A DNA stretch of 64,000 bases from Utricularia gibba (Eukaryota; Plantae; Magnoliophyta). The notes under the pieces are model-generated. The model did not search any database and was not told the DNA's origin. It worked only from the letters and a program-made list of their open reading frames with translations. The DNA is taken from assembly GCA_002189035.1 (NCBI GenBank), contig CM007989.1, forward strand, positions 1-64,000, read 5' to 3'. Numbering within the stretch: the first letter of the stretch is position 1; every line of letters begins with the position of its first letter. Below, in pieces: positions 1 to 13,200 of this stretch. The translations under genes and the position numbers were made by a program.

Positions 1-432
1 CCTAAACCCTAAACCCTAAAACCCTAAACCCTAAACCCTAAACCCTAAACCCTAAACCCTAAAACCCTAAACCCTAAACCCTAAACCCTAAAAACCCTAA
101 AACCCTAAACCCTAAACCCTAAACCCTAAACCCTAAACCCTAAACCCTAAACCCTAAACCCTAAACCCTAAACCCTGAACCCGAACCCTAAACCCTAAAC
201 CCTAAACCCTGAACCCTAAACCCTGAACCCTGAACCCTGAACCCTAAACCCTAAACCCTAAACCCTAAACCCTGAACCCTAACCCTAAACCCTAAACCCG
301 AACCCTAAACCCTAAACCCGAATCCCTGAACCCTGAACCCTATGAAACCCTAAACCCTAATCCCTGAACCCTATACCCTAATCCCCGAATCCTAAACCCT
401 AATCCCTGAACCCTATACCCTAATCCCCGAAT
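1..432 (+). repeat. Telomeric repeat array (CCCTAAA)n grading into variant units (CCCTAAAA, CCCTGAA, CCCGAA, CCCTAAT, CCCTATA)
   Basis: Near-perfect CCCTAAA heptamers from base 1, with variants increasing from about 170 to 432. The C-rich strand at the 5' end is the orientation expected for a chromosome end. Confidence 0.98.
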
Positions 433-1205
433 ATTGAATGGTAAATTCTTTAAATGATGTAGCATCTTTTCAGGTATTAGATATTTTTGTCCCTAGGCCA
501 ATTTATTCTAGTGGTTAGATCACATGTCTTGAATGTTTAAGTTTTAAAGAATTGTGAACCCTAATTTCTAAAGCTTTAGGATTCCTAAGGTGACACTTGA
601 AACTTAAAATCCTTAATTCTATAACAGAAATCTTGTTGTGTTAATTTTAAAATGCTAAATTGTAATGCCTAATTATTGAATTGCAAAGCTCAATTCCTAA
701 CCAATTTCACATTTAGGACCAAAACCATTCTGATCTCTAAGTTAGAATTTTTTTTTTAAAAAAAATGTGGAGTTCTAATTGAGGTTGAGAGGTGGCGAAG
801 GATTTAAGCCGAAATTGGAAATCAATTGAGCACGAATAACTTCTCCCGTAAAAGAGGATATAAAGATTGTTTAATGGACATGTCTTATGTTTTGGTCGTC
901 TTGGCTCATGAGCCACTACTGCCGCTGAGGGCTTTTTCGCATGCAGAGTCGCAACTCGCAAATCGATGAATTCGGCGGGTGACTCGTTATACCGCCTGGT
1001 TTTTTTGGCTGCTGATCTCTAGTATATACAACGTGACGCCTTCTGGAACTGCAATCTCTCTTCGTTACCCTGCAAACACCAAAGTGCAGGATTTGTCGGA
1101 AGAAACAGAAAATTAGAGGACCGCGTCTCCCTTTTTAATCATCGTCCACGCCAAATTCTTCGTTTTCCTGTGGATTTTTCTTTGAGCGTCAGTGAATACC
1201 CCAAA

Positions 1206-4200
1206 ATGGGCCCTGTTCAGAACTTTGAGCAGCATTCTCGGCACCTGATTGAGCCAGAACTGTGTATGCGAGCTTTTGCTTCTCCTCGTTGCTTTTTTAA
1301 GGGCGTATTTCTTCGTTTTGTCGAACTCTAAGTTTTCTTTTATCTCGGAATTTTGTTTGATGCAGCAATTCAGATGAGGTTGCAAATGGCTATGGAGGTG
1401 CGGGACAGTCTGGAAATATGCCACACGGGGGAGTATCTGAATTTTTTGAAGTGCTATTTCCGAGCATTTTCTGCAGTTCTACATCAAATTACTAAACCTC
1501 AATTCGCAGATAATCCTGAGCACAAGCTGCGTAACGTAATTGTTGAAATCCTGAATCGTCTACCTCACAGCGAGGTTCTCAGGCCCTTTGTCCAGGAGCT
1601 TCTAAAAGTTGCCATACATGTACTTACTACTGACAACGAGGAAAATGGTTTAATTTGCATCAGAATCATTTTTGATCTCCTTCGGAACTTTAGACCGAGT
1701 TTGGAGACTGAAGTTCAGCCTTTTCTCGATTTTGTCTGCAAAATTTACCAAAATTTTAGGGCTACAGCTAGTTATTTCTTTGAGAGTGGTGCAGTGGTGG
1801 CTCCACCACCAGCTCCTCCTTCCACTTCAGGGTCCATTGGGTCATCCTTTAGTGGTGATGACATGAAGGCTATTGATGTTCCTGACCAAATGGGTCCGTC
1901 TGGTACCTATATGGGGGCTTCAAGTGTGCTTAATCCTAGTACGAGGTCATTTAAGATTGTTACAGAGAGTCCCCTGCTTGTTATGTTTCTCTTTCAGTTG
2001 TATAGTCGACTGGTGCAAACAAATATCCCGCATTTATTACCTCCAATGGTGGAAGCAATATCAGTACCTGGACCTGAGAAAGTTCCACCTCATTTGAAGA
2101 ATTACTTTATAGAGCTAAAGAGCGCGCAAGTTAAGGTACACTTCTTTAAATTTCCCATTGAAATGTTGCTTTGGTGAGTAGCAGAAAAAAGTATGTGCTT
2201 ATAGTGAAAGAAGCTTGCCATATGTTTAGATGTTATTTGATTTGCCATGTGTGTCATCCATTGAAATGTAACGGACCACCAGTTCTTTTTGTTTTTTAGC
2301 GGCATTGGTTTCCGCTCATAAGATTAAAATGAAGCCTTCTTAGTAAACTCCACTCAGATCATCTATATCTTGTGTCTTTCAGACTGTTTCATTCTTAACA
2401 TACCTGCTTAAGAGCTTTGCTGACTATATCAAACAACATGAAGAAAGCATATGCAAAAGCATCGTGAACCTGCTCGTTACCTGCTCTGACTCTGTTTCCG
2501 TTCGGAAGGTTGGAATGTTCTTTCGTCATATTTATGTATAACTGTTGCCTCTCGATGTTAATTTGATCCACTTTTTTACTTCCAGGAACTATTGGTTGCT
2601 CTTAAGCATGTCCTTGGGACAGAATTTAAAAGGGGGCTTTTTCCTTTGATTGATACCCTTTTGGATGAGAGGTATGATTCTGAGAAAGGAGTAAATATAA
2701 AATCTCTCATTTTTCATTGCCCATGTTTTGGTTTCGTACTCTCTACTTTTTAGTAAATGTTTTTAAAAAATCTGTCAGTCGTTTACTCTTTACCTTTCAA
2801 GCCTGGCCATCGGCATCCTCCTTTGACATCAACAGAATTTGATTGTTTTTTACAGGGTGCTTGTTGGTAGTGGTCGAGCTTGCTTTGAGACATTGAGACC
2901 TTTGGCATATAGTCTTTTGGCAGAGATTGTTCACCACGTCAGAGGAGATCTTTCATTGTCACAGGTGTAGTAGAAGTTTATGGTTGCAATTTTTACTGGG
3001 GATGAATTTAGACAGTTATTTTCATTGCATGATGATGATTTGATGTCATTTATAACTGCAGCAGTAAGCTTTTCTGTTATATTTAATTTCTGAAGGACGC
3101 ATTTCTAAGTTTCTGCGTTATCCCCCTAAGCATATTCCTGAAAATACTCCTATTCGTAATTACATTTTCTCTATGTCCAATGGGATTGACTTTAGTTATT
3201 TTTGTTCTCCTGTCCTGCAGTTATCACGAATTATTTATATCTTCTCAAGCAACATGCATGATTTATCATTGTCATTGAGCATTCATACCACGTGTGCTCG
3301 CTTGATGTTGAACCTGGTATGTGCTCCAACCGAGTGCTCTCCAACGGAGTTTTCACTTTTATGTGCTTTACTATGAGTTTCCAATTTTGTAGGTGGAACC
3401 AATATTTGAGAAAGGCATAGATCAGATGACGATGGATGAAGCCAGAATTTTGTTGGTACGTTTTCTGTAATTGGTTTCCTGAATTTTGATGAGCAACCTT
3501 GTGTGCCAAGTAACTTGCCGCTCCTTTTATGATTGAGATGGATAATATACTTGTATATCAGGGAAGGATATTGGACGCCTTTGTGGGAAAATTCAACACT
3601 TTCAAGCGCACAATCCCTCAGGTACTTTATGTATACCATGCAACCATACAACATGTGGGCCCTTCTGGCAATAACTCACAATTAACAAAGCAAATTCCAC
3701 CTCTTCATATTCTTCCGAAGTAGCTTTTTTTTATTCAGTGATCTGCAGATGATTTCTTGTCTTCAACATGTTATTCCTAATCTTCATATAAAATTAAATT
3801 TGGGGGGGGGGGGGGAAGAGATTCATTGGATGGATTCCCCATGATAGATTAAAGTAATGTGCGGACTACAAAACTAGGAAATCAATATCCGCTGATTCGG
3901 AATTATGTGATCCTTATGGACTTCTTTTAGATAGTGAGGAGTTGCTATTCCCTTTCTATTATTATAAATGCCAAGTTTTTAACGAGGAGCTGTTTTATAA
4001 ATCTTGTGAAACTATTATTCAATGTGTGTGGGTTTGGGTTACCTTGTATATGTTTGCACATATGTAGCTGCTAGACGAAAGTGAGGATGGGAAAAGTGGG
4101 AAGTCAAAACTTGAAGTGTCAGTACAGGTAAATTTATAATGACATGGTTTAGCTGTTATTTTATTGTGATGCATCACCATGCTTGTGGGAATGTTAAGTC

Positions 4201-7200
4201 CCTTTTATTTCAGAATCTTCGATATTTATGATCCACACTTTTATGCCACTGCTCACAGGTCATGCTGAAATAGAATCAGAAGTAAGAATAAGATTGCAGT
4301 TTTGAAAATTTAAGCCATATTTCAGAATATGTTATTTGCTCTTGGTTTTATATTAGTAAAATCATTGTCTTTATGTTGGTTTCTTGAAAGCTTGTCAAAC
4401 TGACCTGTTGATAGTTGCAAGGATTATTCTCTGTATGTATTGATGATAATGGGTACAAATCCTGTAATTATGCTTTTTTTATTTTGTACATATTTTCAAA
4501 TCTTTATCGAAAAATACTTATAGGGAGCGATTGAGCATCAAAAAAAATTTCTTAAAGGAGGCTACTTTGTTGTTCTTTTTATTTAAATGGATCACTACTT
4601 ATAAATGACTTCATTCTTCCAGGTGGTTCTTAATTCACCAATTCCTGTTGAGCATTCCAAGGAAATCAGTGATTGCAAACAACTTATAAGGACCTTAGTT
4701 CTGGGTAAATTTTATCATTCTGCTGCAACTTTTCAGTTAAAGGGTCATAGTAAACAGGAGGTCATATTTGTCTGCTGCTGAATGTGGCTTCTCTTCCAAC
4801 TTTTCACCATGGAAAACCTCACAGGAATGAAGACAATTATCTGGAGCATAACTCATGCACATGTTCCTCGGTCACAGGTATTTCCAAATTATGTACATTT
4901 CATTGAAATCTGTTCCTTATGCTATTGGTTGTATCATAGGTTTCACCTTCTGCACATGGGACTCCTCAGCAAGTGCTTGCATCTATTTCTGGCTCTTCAG
5001 TATCTCAGCCTTTCAAGGGCATGAGAGAAGATGAGGTATATGATTTGCTGATGCTACCATTGGAATCAATGGTGTCAGTTAGAAACACATCTAATTTCTC
5101 CTGTATGGCAGGTCTGCAAGGCCTCAGGTGTTCTGAAAAGTGGTGTGCATTGCCTAGCTTTATTTAAAGAGAAGGATGAAGAACGAGAAATGATCCATCT
5201 GTTTTCCAGTATCTTAGCCATTATGGAACCACGTGATTTGATGGACATGTTTTCTCTGTGTATGCCACAGCTTTTTGAAAGCATGATCTCAAACAGCCAG
5301 CTGGTCAACATATTTTCTACTCTTCTGCAATCTCCAAAAGTCTTCCGCCCTTTTGCTGATGTTTTAGTTAATTTTCTTGTTGGTTGCAAACTTGATGTTC
5401 TTAATCTTCCTGATTCACCCGCTGCAAAACTTGTCTTGCATCTCTTCCGGTTTCTGTTCAGTGCTGTTGCAAAGGCACCATCAGAGTGTGAGCGGATCCT
5501 TCAGCCTCATGTGCCTACAATCATGGAGACCTGTATAAAAAATTCAATGGAGATCGAGAGACCAGTTGCTCATTTGCAACTTCTTCGTACAATGTTTCGT
5601 GCCCTCACTGGTGGTAAGTTTGAGATTCTTCTTCGGGATTTGATTCCAATGCTACAGCCGTGCTTGAACATGCTGTTAGCAATGCTTGAGGGGCCCAATG
5701 GTGAAGATTCACATGAAATTCTGTTAGAGCTTTGCTTGAATTTGCCTGCAAGGCTGAGCTCCCTCCTACCTCACCTTCCTCGTTTGATGAAGCCCCTGGT
5801 TATGTGCCTAAGGGGAAGTAGTGAACTCGTCAGTCTTGGTTTAAGAACCCTTGAATTTTGGATTGATAGCTTGAACCCTGATTTTCTCGAACCAAGTATG
5901 GCAAATGTGATGGCTGAGGTGATTTTGGCTTTATGGTGGCACTTAAGGCCCTCACCATATCCCTGGGGTTCAAAATGCTTGCAACTCCTTGGAAAGCTAG
6001 GTGGTCGTAACAGGCGCTTCCTGAAAGAGCCACTTGCCCTTGACTGCAAGGAAAACCCAGAGCATGGTCTTCGAGTAATTCTGACATTTGAGCCTTCCAC
6101 TACATTTCTTGTGCCTCTAGATCGCTGCATCATCCTTGCAGTGGCTGCTGTCATGCAAAAGAACAGCTGCGTGGATACCTTCTATAGGAAAGAGGCACTT
6201 AGGTTTCTTCGTGTGTGCCTGGCATCCCAACTAAATTTGCCTGGTTTAGGAAATGATGAGGCATCATTAACTAGGCAACTGTCGGCCTGCATAGGCCTGA
6301 ACGTTGATCCATCATATAGAAGATCTGATACATCTGATATGAAGGTCAGACACTATCTGTAATTACTTTTTTCTGCAAATTATTGCTGTACATTGGCTTA
6401 GGTAACAGCTGCCATTGATATGAAGTTTACTTTAAATGTACTCTGATAGTTTTCCTTCTCGTGCGAAAAACAGACATTGCCTAGTTGTTATACTTTGTAA
6501 GTTTTGTAACTTTGTATGCATCTCATGTGGTCCTTAGTTTAATCATCATAAGTTTTCACAGTGCAACAATGTCATAATAACAATTTTCGAGAAGATTGGA
6601 TTGTCTTTTCTAACCGATTTGAGTTCCTTAATTCATTATTCAATATTTTGAGTTATTTAGAATGGCTTTTGCAGGCTGACTTGGGTGTCAAGACCAAGAC
6701 TCAACTAATGGCAGAGAGATCTGTCTTTAAGAGTCTCTTGGTCACAATTATTGCATCTAGTGCGGAGCCTGAGTTAATTGATCACGGGATGAATATGTTA
6801 GCCATATCTGTCGCCATTTTGCTATCATATTTCATATCGAGAGTCCAGCTTTTCAGAGTTCTATTTCTGGCCTATCTGCAAATGCGTCTGGGCTTCCAAC
6901 AAATTTTAATATGACTTCCAAGACAAGGCAGAATGCATCTCTGAAAGAGTTGGATCCTTTGATCTTCCTGGATGCTTTGGTAGAAGTCCTGGAAAGTGAA
7001 AACAGAGTGCACGCGAGGGCTGCACTGAATGCACTGAATACTTTCACAGAGACACTTCTGTTCCTTGCTAACTCTAAACACTCGGAACTCTTGGTGCCCA
7101 GGGAGGACCTAGCACTCCTTTGAATGTGTCTAGCCCCTCAATGAGCCCCGTATATTCAACTCTGCCAGGTGTCAGGGTTCCTTGTTTTGAGCAACTTCTA

Positions 7201-10200
7201 CCTCGCATTTTACATTGTTGCTATGGAAGCACTTGGCAGGCACAAATGGGAGGTGTCATGGGGCTTGGAGCACTGATTGGGAAGGTTACTCTCGAAATTC
7301 TGTGCCATTTTCAAGTTCGTATTGTTAGAGGCTTAGTCTTTGTTCTTAAGAGGCTTCCGATATATGCAAGTAAGGAACAAGAAGAGGCAAGCCAGGTACT
7401 TACTCATGTTCTCCGTGTGGTGAATAATGTTGATGAAGCTAACAATGAACCTCGGAGACAAAGTTTTCAGAATGTTGTCGAGTATTTGGCTTCAGAGTTG
7501 CTCAATTCCAACTCTTCTGTAAACGTTCGGAAGATTGTGCAGTCTTCTTTGGCACTCTTAGCAAGTAGGACTGGTAGTGAAGTTTCTGAGTTGCTTGAGC
7601 CATTGCACCAGCCGTTGGTTCAGCCTCTCATCATGCGGCCTTTACGGTCAAAGACTGTTGATCAGCAGGTAATGGTGCATTATTGTTTGTAAGAATTACT
7701 TGACTAGCTTAGTTTTGACTAGCGTACTCTTGCAGGTAGGGACAGTTACTGCTCTGAATTTCTGCCTTGCTTTGAGACCCCTCTTCTTAAGTTGACACCA
7801 GAACTCATTAACTTTTTACAAGAAGCTTTGCAAATAGCTGAAGCTGATGAAACTGCGTGGGCTGTGAAATTTATGAATCCAAAGGTGGTTACATCTTTGA
7901 ATAAACTTCTAACTGGTTGCATAGAACTTCTTTGCACAGCAATGGCTTGGGCTGACTTTAAAACTCAGACTCATTCTGACTTGCGAGCTAAAATAATTTC
8001 AATGTTCTTCAAGTCTCTAACAAGCAGGAATCCTGAGATTGTTGCTGTTGCCAAGGAAGGCCTTCGTCAGGTTTCTTGAGTTTACTTTCTCATGCCTTTA
8101 GCTAGTGTTATATTACAGAAATGTACATGGGATTTTATGGAAATTGTTTTCTTCAACCGTAGGTTATTTTACAGCAAAGGATGCCCAAAGAACTTCTTCA
8201 AAGCAGCTTGAGGCCTATATTAGTTAATTTGGCACATACCAAAAATCTAACAATGCCTCTTTTGCAAGGGCTCGCGCGGCTCCTTGAACTTCTTTCTAGT
8301 TGGTTTAATGTTACATTAGGTGGTAAGTTGTTGGAGCACCTTAAGAAATGGTTAGAACCTGAAAAACTTGCACAGTGTCAGAAGTCCTGGAAGGCTGGTG
8401 AGGAACCTAAAATTGCCGCTGGTGAGAATTTGCTTTACAGTCATCTGAGTATTATATGCCCTTTGTACAAAAGTCTGTCATGAGCTATTACTAACATCTA
8501 AACCTAATTATGCAGCCATCATTGAGCTTTTCCACCTGCTCCCTTCTGCGGCTGGAAAGTTTCTTGATGAGCTTGTAACTTTGACTATCGATTTGGAAGA
8601 AGCACTTCCACCTGGTCAATTTTATAGTAAGATCAACAGCCCATATCGCCTGCCGCTCACCAAATTTCTCAATCGGTATCCAACAGCTGCTATTGATTAC
8701 TTTCTTGTACGTCTGAGCCAGCCCCAGTATTTCAGGAGGTACAGATTAGATATAGAATACAGATCAGCCCTGCTTTGATGTTCATTTATTGTTTTTCTTT
8801 TCCTTCTTTTCTGGGTTTGTGTTCATTTCTGAGTTGAGCAGGCTTATGTATATAATACGATCTGATGCTGGTCAACCATTGCGAGAAGAACTTGCCAAGT
8901 CACCGGAGAAAATAATATCCAGCGCATTTCCTGGACTGTTGCCAAAAGCGGAAGCAAGTGAGGGCTCTTCTATCCCTGCTGGTTCTCTCACTTATGATGA
9001 AAATCCTATCATACCAAAAACAGAAGATTCTGCTCCATCATTAGTTACTTCTGGGACCACTTCAGATGCTCATATCCATGGTCTTGCCTTGGTGAAAAAT
9101 CTGGTGAAGCTGATGCCTGGCTGGTTGCAAAGTAACGTTGTCCTTTTTGATACACTGGTTCTGTTATGGAAATCACCCACTAGAATATCTCATTTAGAGA
9201 ATGAGCAGGAACTGAACCTAATGCAAGTAAGTCAAACCAAATCCCTTCTCAAAATTATATATATATATATATTCTCTTGTCACATGACAAGACTGCAGAA
9301 TCACCTTCTGTCCTTTTTCCAACTCCCACATGTTTTCCTTTTTAATGGATTTTACCCTCCTAAAATTTTGCACACCAAAGCATCTCAGCATGATAGATGT
9401 TTTGTGCAGCTTCCTGCCCAGTACCACATTTTACCTGATTCATTCTTTCATGCTTGGATTATTTTCTTGTGCTGGAAAAGAACGAGACTATGAAATTGCA
9501 CTAAAGCTACCTTGGTGTCCTTAGCTCTTCCTTTTCTCAACTAGTTCCTGGTTCCTTGTTCGTATAATGTAGGGTACACTTAACTTGAAGAGCTAGTATG
9601 AACTACATGATCTAATTGCTTGCCATTTTTCACTCTGTTGAAAAAAGAGAAGGTTTGGTCTTTCTTGAGCTTAGTGTTATTGCAATTCTGATGGCCTGTG
9701 CAGGTAAAAGAAAGCAAGTGGCTGGTGAAATGCTTCCTGAATTATCTGCGACATGAGAAGAGTGAAGTCCAAATATTATTTGATATTCTTTCCATCTTCC
9801 TATATCGGACTAGGATTGACTTTACCTTCCTAAAGGATTTCTATATTATTGAGGTAATTGATTATGATACATTTTTTATTTTCAAGATAATGTTACCTTC
9901 TATGCATCCTTTTTCACGCCTGACCCCTATGTCACATCTGATGTTCGTATTTTTTCTTGGTAGGTTGCCGAGGGTTATCCACCATATTTGAAGAAAACTT
10001 TGTTACTTCATTTTCTAAAACTCTTTCAGCTGAAGCAATTGAGTAATGATCATCTGGTTATCGTAATGCAAATGCTTATTCTCCCTATGTTAGCTCATGC
10101 TTTTCAGAATGGGCAAACATGGGAGGTCGTTGATGCAGCCACCATCAAGACAATTGTTGACAAGCTGTTGGATCCACCAGAAGAGGTACATATATGCCAA

Positions 10201-13200
10201 GGTTTCCAGTTGGTTTATAGCATGTTTCCCTTCATCCATGGTGTGGACTTCATGAATTGGTCAAGCATATATATATTGAACAACATGTTTGAAAGATAAT
10301 GTGGAGTTAATATAGGTGCCTAGTCATTTGTACTCTCTCTGCACTGGTTTGTTTTGTAGTTGAAACTTGAAAATCTTTAGTGCTCTACATATTTTAAGGA
10401 ATGTTCTTTGTTCCCTGCTCCATGTATTAAATATCCTGCTTGTTATGGCCATCAGGGATTGATGATTCTGATGTCACAACAATGTGTGTGTATTAATTTG
10501 CTTCATTATCTTCTGGTGCTTACGAAGATTAAACAAGGATGTAGGAGTAATTTAACTGGTTACGTCGGGTGGCATGGGAGAGGAAGGAGCTTTTTTTTGG
10601 CGGGAGTGTGAGGAGGGGGGGGGGTGGATTACCTACTTTTTAGGGTTTTATCTGGAATCAGAGTGAATGCTGTGTGCTATTCCTGCACGTTTTCAATCTT
10701 ATTTATGCATGTGCATTGTGTTTTTGATATGTTCTCACGAGGAACTTTATTAGGTATCTGCTGAATATGATGAGCCTGTGAGGATTGAGCTTCTGCAGCT
10801 GGCCACCTTGTTTCTCAAGTATCTTCAGAATGACCTTGTTCATCACCGAAAGGAACTCATTAAATTTGGTTGGAATCATCTCAAGCGTGAAGATAGTGCC
10901 AGTAAGCAATGGGCATTTGTCAATGTCTGTCACTTTCTCGAAGCATATCAGGCTCCCGAAAAAATAATTCTTCAGGTACATACACAAGCTGATATGACAT
11001 GTTCAGATGTCTGAAATTTTTTCGAAGTATATGCTTATGTACATCCTCATGGTTAGATGCATATAACATAGATGGACATTGACATAAATTCTGAATGGAT
11101 GGTGGCTAAGTTAAAAACAGAACTATCTGGTCTGTCCAACACTTGGGTTGAAATGACCACATTTATTAAAAACTTCTGTCAGTCTTAGGTTATGCCTGCC
11201 TAGATTGTACTGAAATCTTGAGGTCTAAGATGGGCCTTCATTTGTGTTTCTGGATGCACTGACACCTGAAACAACAGGTTTTCGTCGCACTCCTAAGGAC
11301 TTGGCAGCCAGAAAATAAGACATTGGTGAAGCAGGCGCTTGATATACTTATGCCTGCTCTTCCACGGAGATTACCCCTTGGGGACTCACGCATGCCAATA
11401 TGGATACGTTACACAAAAAAAATATTAGTTGAAGAGGGTCATTCGATTCCCAATCTCATTCATATATTTCAGCTCATTGTTCGCCATTCAGATCTTTTCT
11501 ACAGCTGCAGGGCACAGTTTGTCCCTCAGATGGTGAATTCTCTAAGTAGGCTTGGTCTGCCATACAATACAGCAGCAGAAAATAGACGCCTTGCAATTGA
11601 ACTTGCGGGGTTGGTTGTCAACTGGGAAAAGCAAAGACAAAGTGACCCAAGGAGAGGAACCAACATTGAATACCCTCTCCAGAGCATCGATACAATGAAC
11701 CTTAGCCCTCCAGGTGGGGATTCAAGACTTCCTCTTGATGTATCTTCATTTCCTGAAGATTCAACAAAGAAGATAAAGATTGAACCTGGTCTGCCATCTC
11801 TTTGTGTTACATCACCTGGGGGATCCACTTCTATTCCAAATATTGGAACTCCAAGTTCTATGGGGCCAGCTGATGAAGAGTTCAAGCCTAATGCTGCTAT
11901 GGAAGAGATGATAATAAATTTTTTGATAAGAGTATGTTGCCTCTTTTTTGAGTGTGGAAAATGATTCAATCATGGTTGCCTTATTTAATGTGTTCTTGTA
12001 AATATCATTCAAGCTTTTTTTTTAAGAGAAATGGGTGCTTGTGGATCTTAGTGGATTCTCTATTTGTGTTAGCCTCTGAATTTGTTTTGCATTTGCTATG
12101 CAGGTTGCCCTAGTCATAGAACCTAAAGATAAGGAATCAAATTTAATGTACAAGCAAGCTTTGGATTTACTCTCGCAGGCTTTGGAGGTGTGGCCTAACG
12201 CTAACGTCAAGTTCAATTATTTGGAGAAGCTGCTGACCAGTACTCCATCATCTCAATCAAAGGACCCATCAACAGCCTTGTCTCAGGGGCTAGATGTAAT
12301 GAACAAGGTTCTAGAAAAGCAAGCTCATCTATTTGTCAGAAATAATATAAACCATATTTCCCAAGTATGTGCCGCCTGGTTGTTTTCATTTTGTATTAGA
12401 CATATCTTTTTCCAATACTAAATGTGTGATTTTCTACCCAATTTTATAATCTCTCTTTTTAAAAAATGTTATTTGCAGAGCCTGGAACCTTGTTTCAAGT
12501 TCAAAATGCTTGATGCTGGAAGTTCTTTGTGTTCTTTGTTGAAGATGGTTTCTGCTGCATTTCCTCCAGAATCGATGAGCACCCCGCAAGATGTAAAGAT
12601 GTTGTATCAAAAAGTAGAGGAGCTTGTACAGAAGCACCTTGCTGTTGTTGCAGCTCCACAAAATTCTGGAGAAGATAATTCGGCTAGCATGATTACTTTT
12701 GTTCTTTATGTCATAAAGTCTTTGTCAGAGGACCACAAAAACCTTGTGGATCCGTACAATTTGGTAAGAGTCCTTCAGCGTCTTGCTCGGGATCTTGGTT
12801 CATCGGGTGGTACTTATGCGAAACAGGTAATCAAGTATTTGGTAAATCACATCTGTTGGTGCATTTACTCTAAAATGTTAATTATCAGTGCAAAAGTTCA
12901 GTTAATCACATCTCTTTTGACTATGTTGAATTATTGTAATATATCATATTGATCGTATCTTGCCTCATCAAGCTTTCATGCTTGCTTTGTTGCTTAACTA
13001 TGTCAGAGAACAGATCCAGATGCTGTGGTTACTTCCTCTCGCCAAGGAGCAGATGTTGGTGTCATCGTTATGAATTTGAAATCAGTACTGCAACTTATGG
13101 GCGAAAGAGTCATGTTGGTTCCCGAGTGCAAGAGAATTGTGATCCAAGTGCTTAATTCCTTGCTATCTGAAAAGAGCTCAGATCCCTCAGTTCTCCTCTG

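Noticed and set aside
1-432. Regular repeats as a CRISPR array or prokaryotic system
   Set aside because: These are spacer-less telomeric heptamers, and the whole window is spliced eukaryotic genes.
974-1006. GC hairpin followed by a T7 run upstream of TRRAP, resembling a terminator or a Pol III RNA end
   Set aside because: No USE/TATA or A/B boxes were found upstream, and intrinsic terminators are not meaningful in a plant nuclear promoter.
9324-9334. CTCCCACATGT, similar to the snRNA USE element
   Set aside because: Imperfect match, no correctly spaced TATA, and no recognisable snRNA downstream. It lies within a TRRAP intron.
10638-10649. Single TTTAGGGTTT motifs in introns (also near 40976)
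   Set aside because: Single copies are expected by chance in AT-rich DNA and are not interstitial telomere arrays.
11526-11969. 147-aa antisense ORF, and similar ones at 5771-6154, 16788-17123, 20120-20647 and 45558-45914
   Set aside because: These are shadows of real exons on the opposite strand, with no family motifs.
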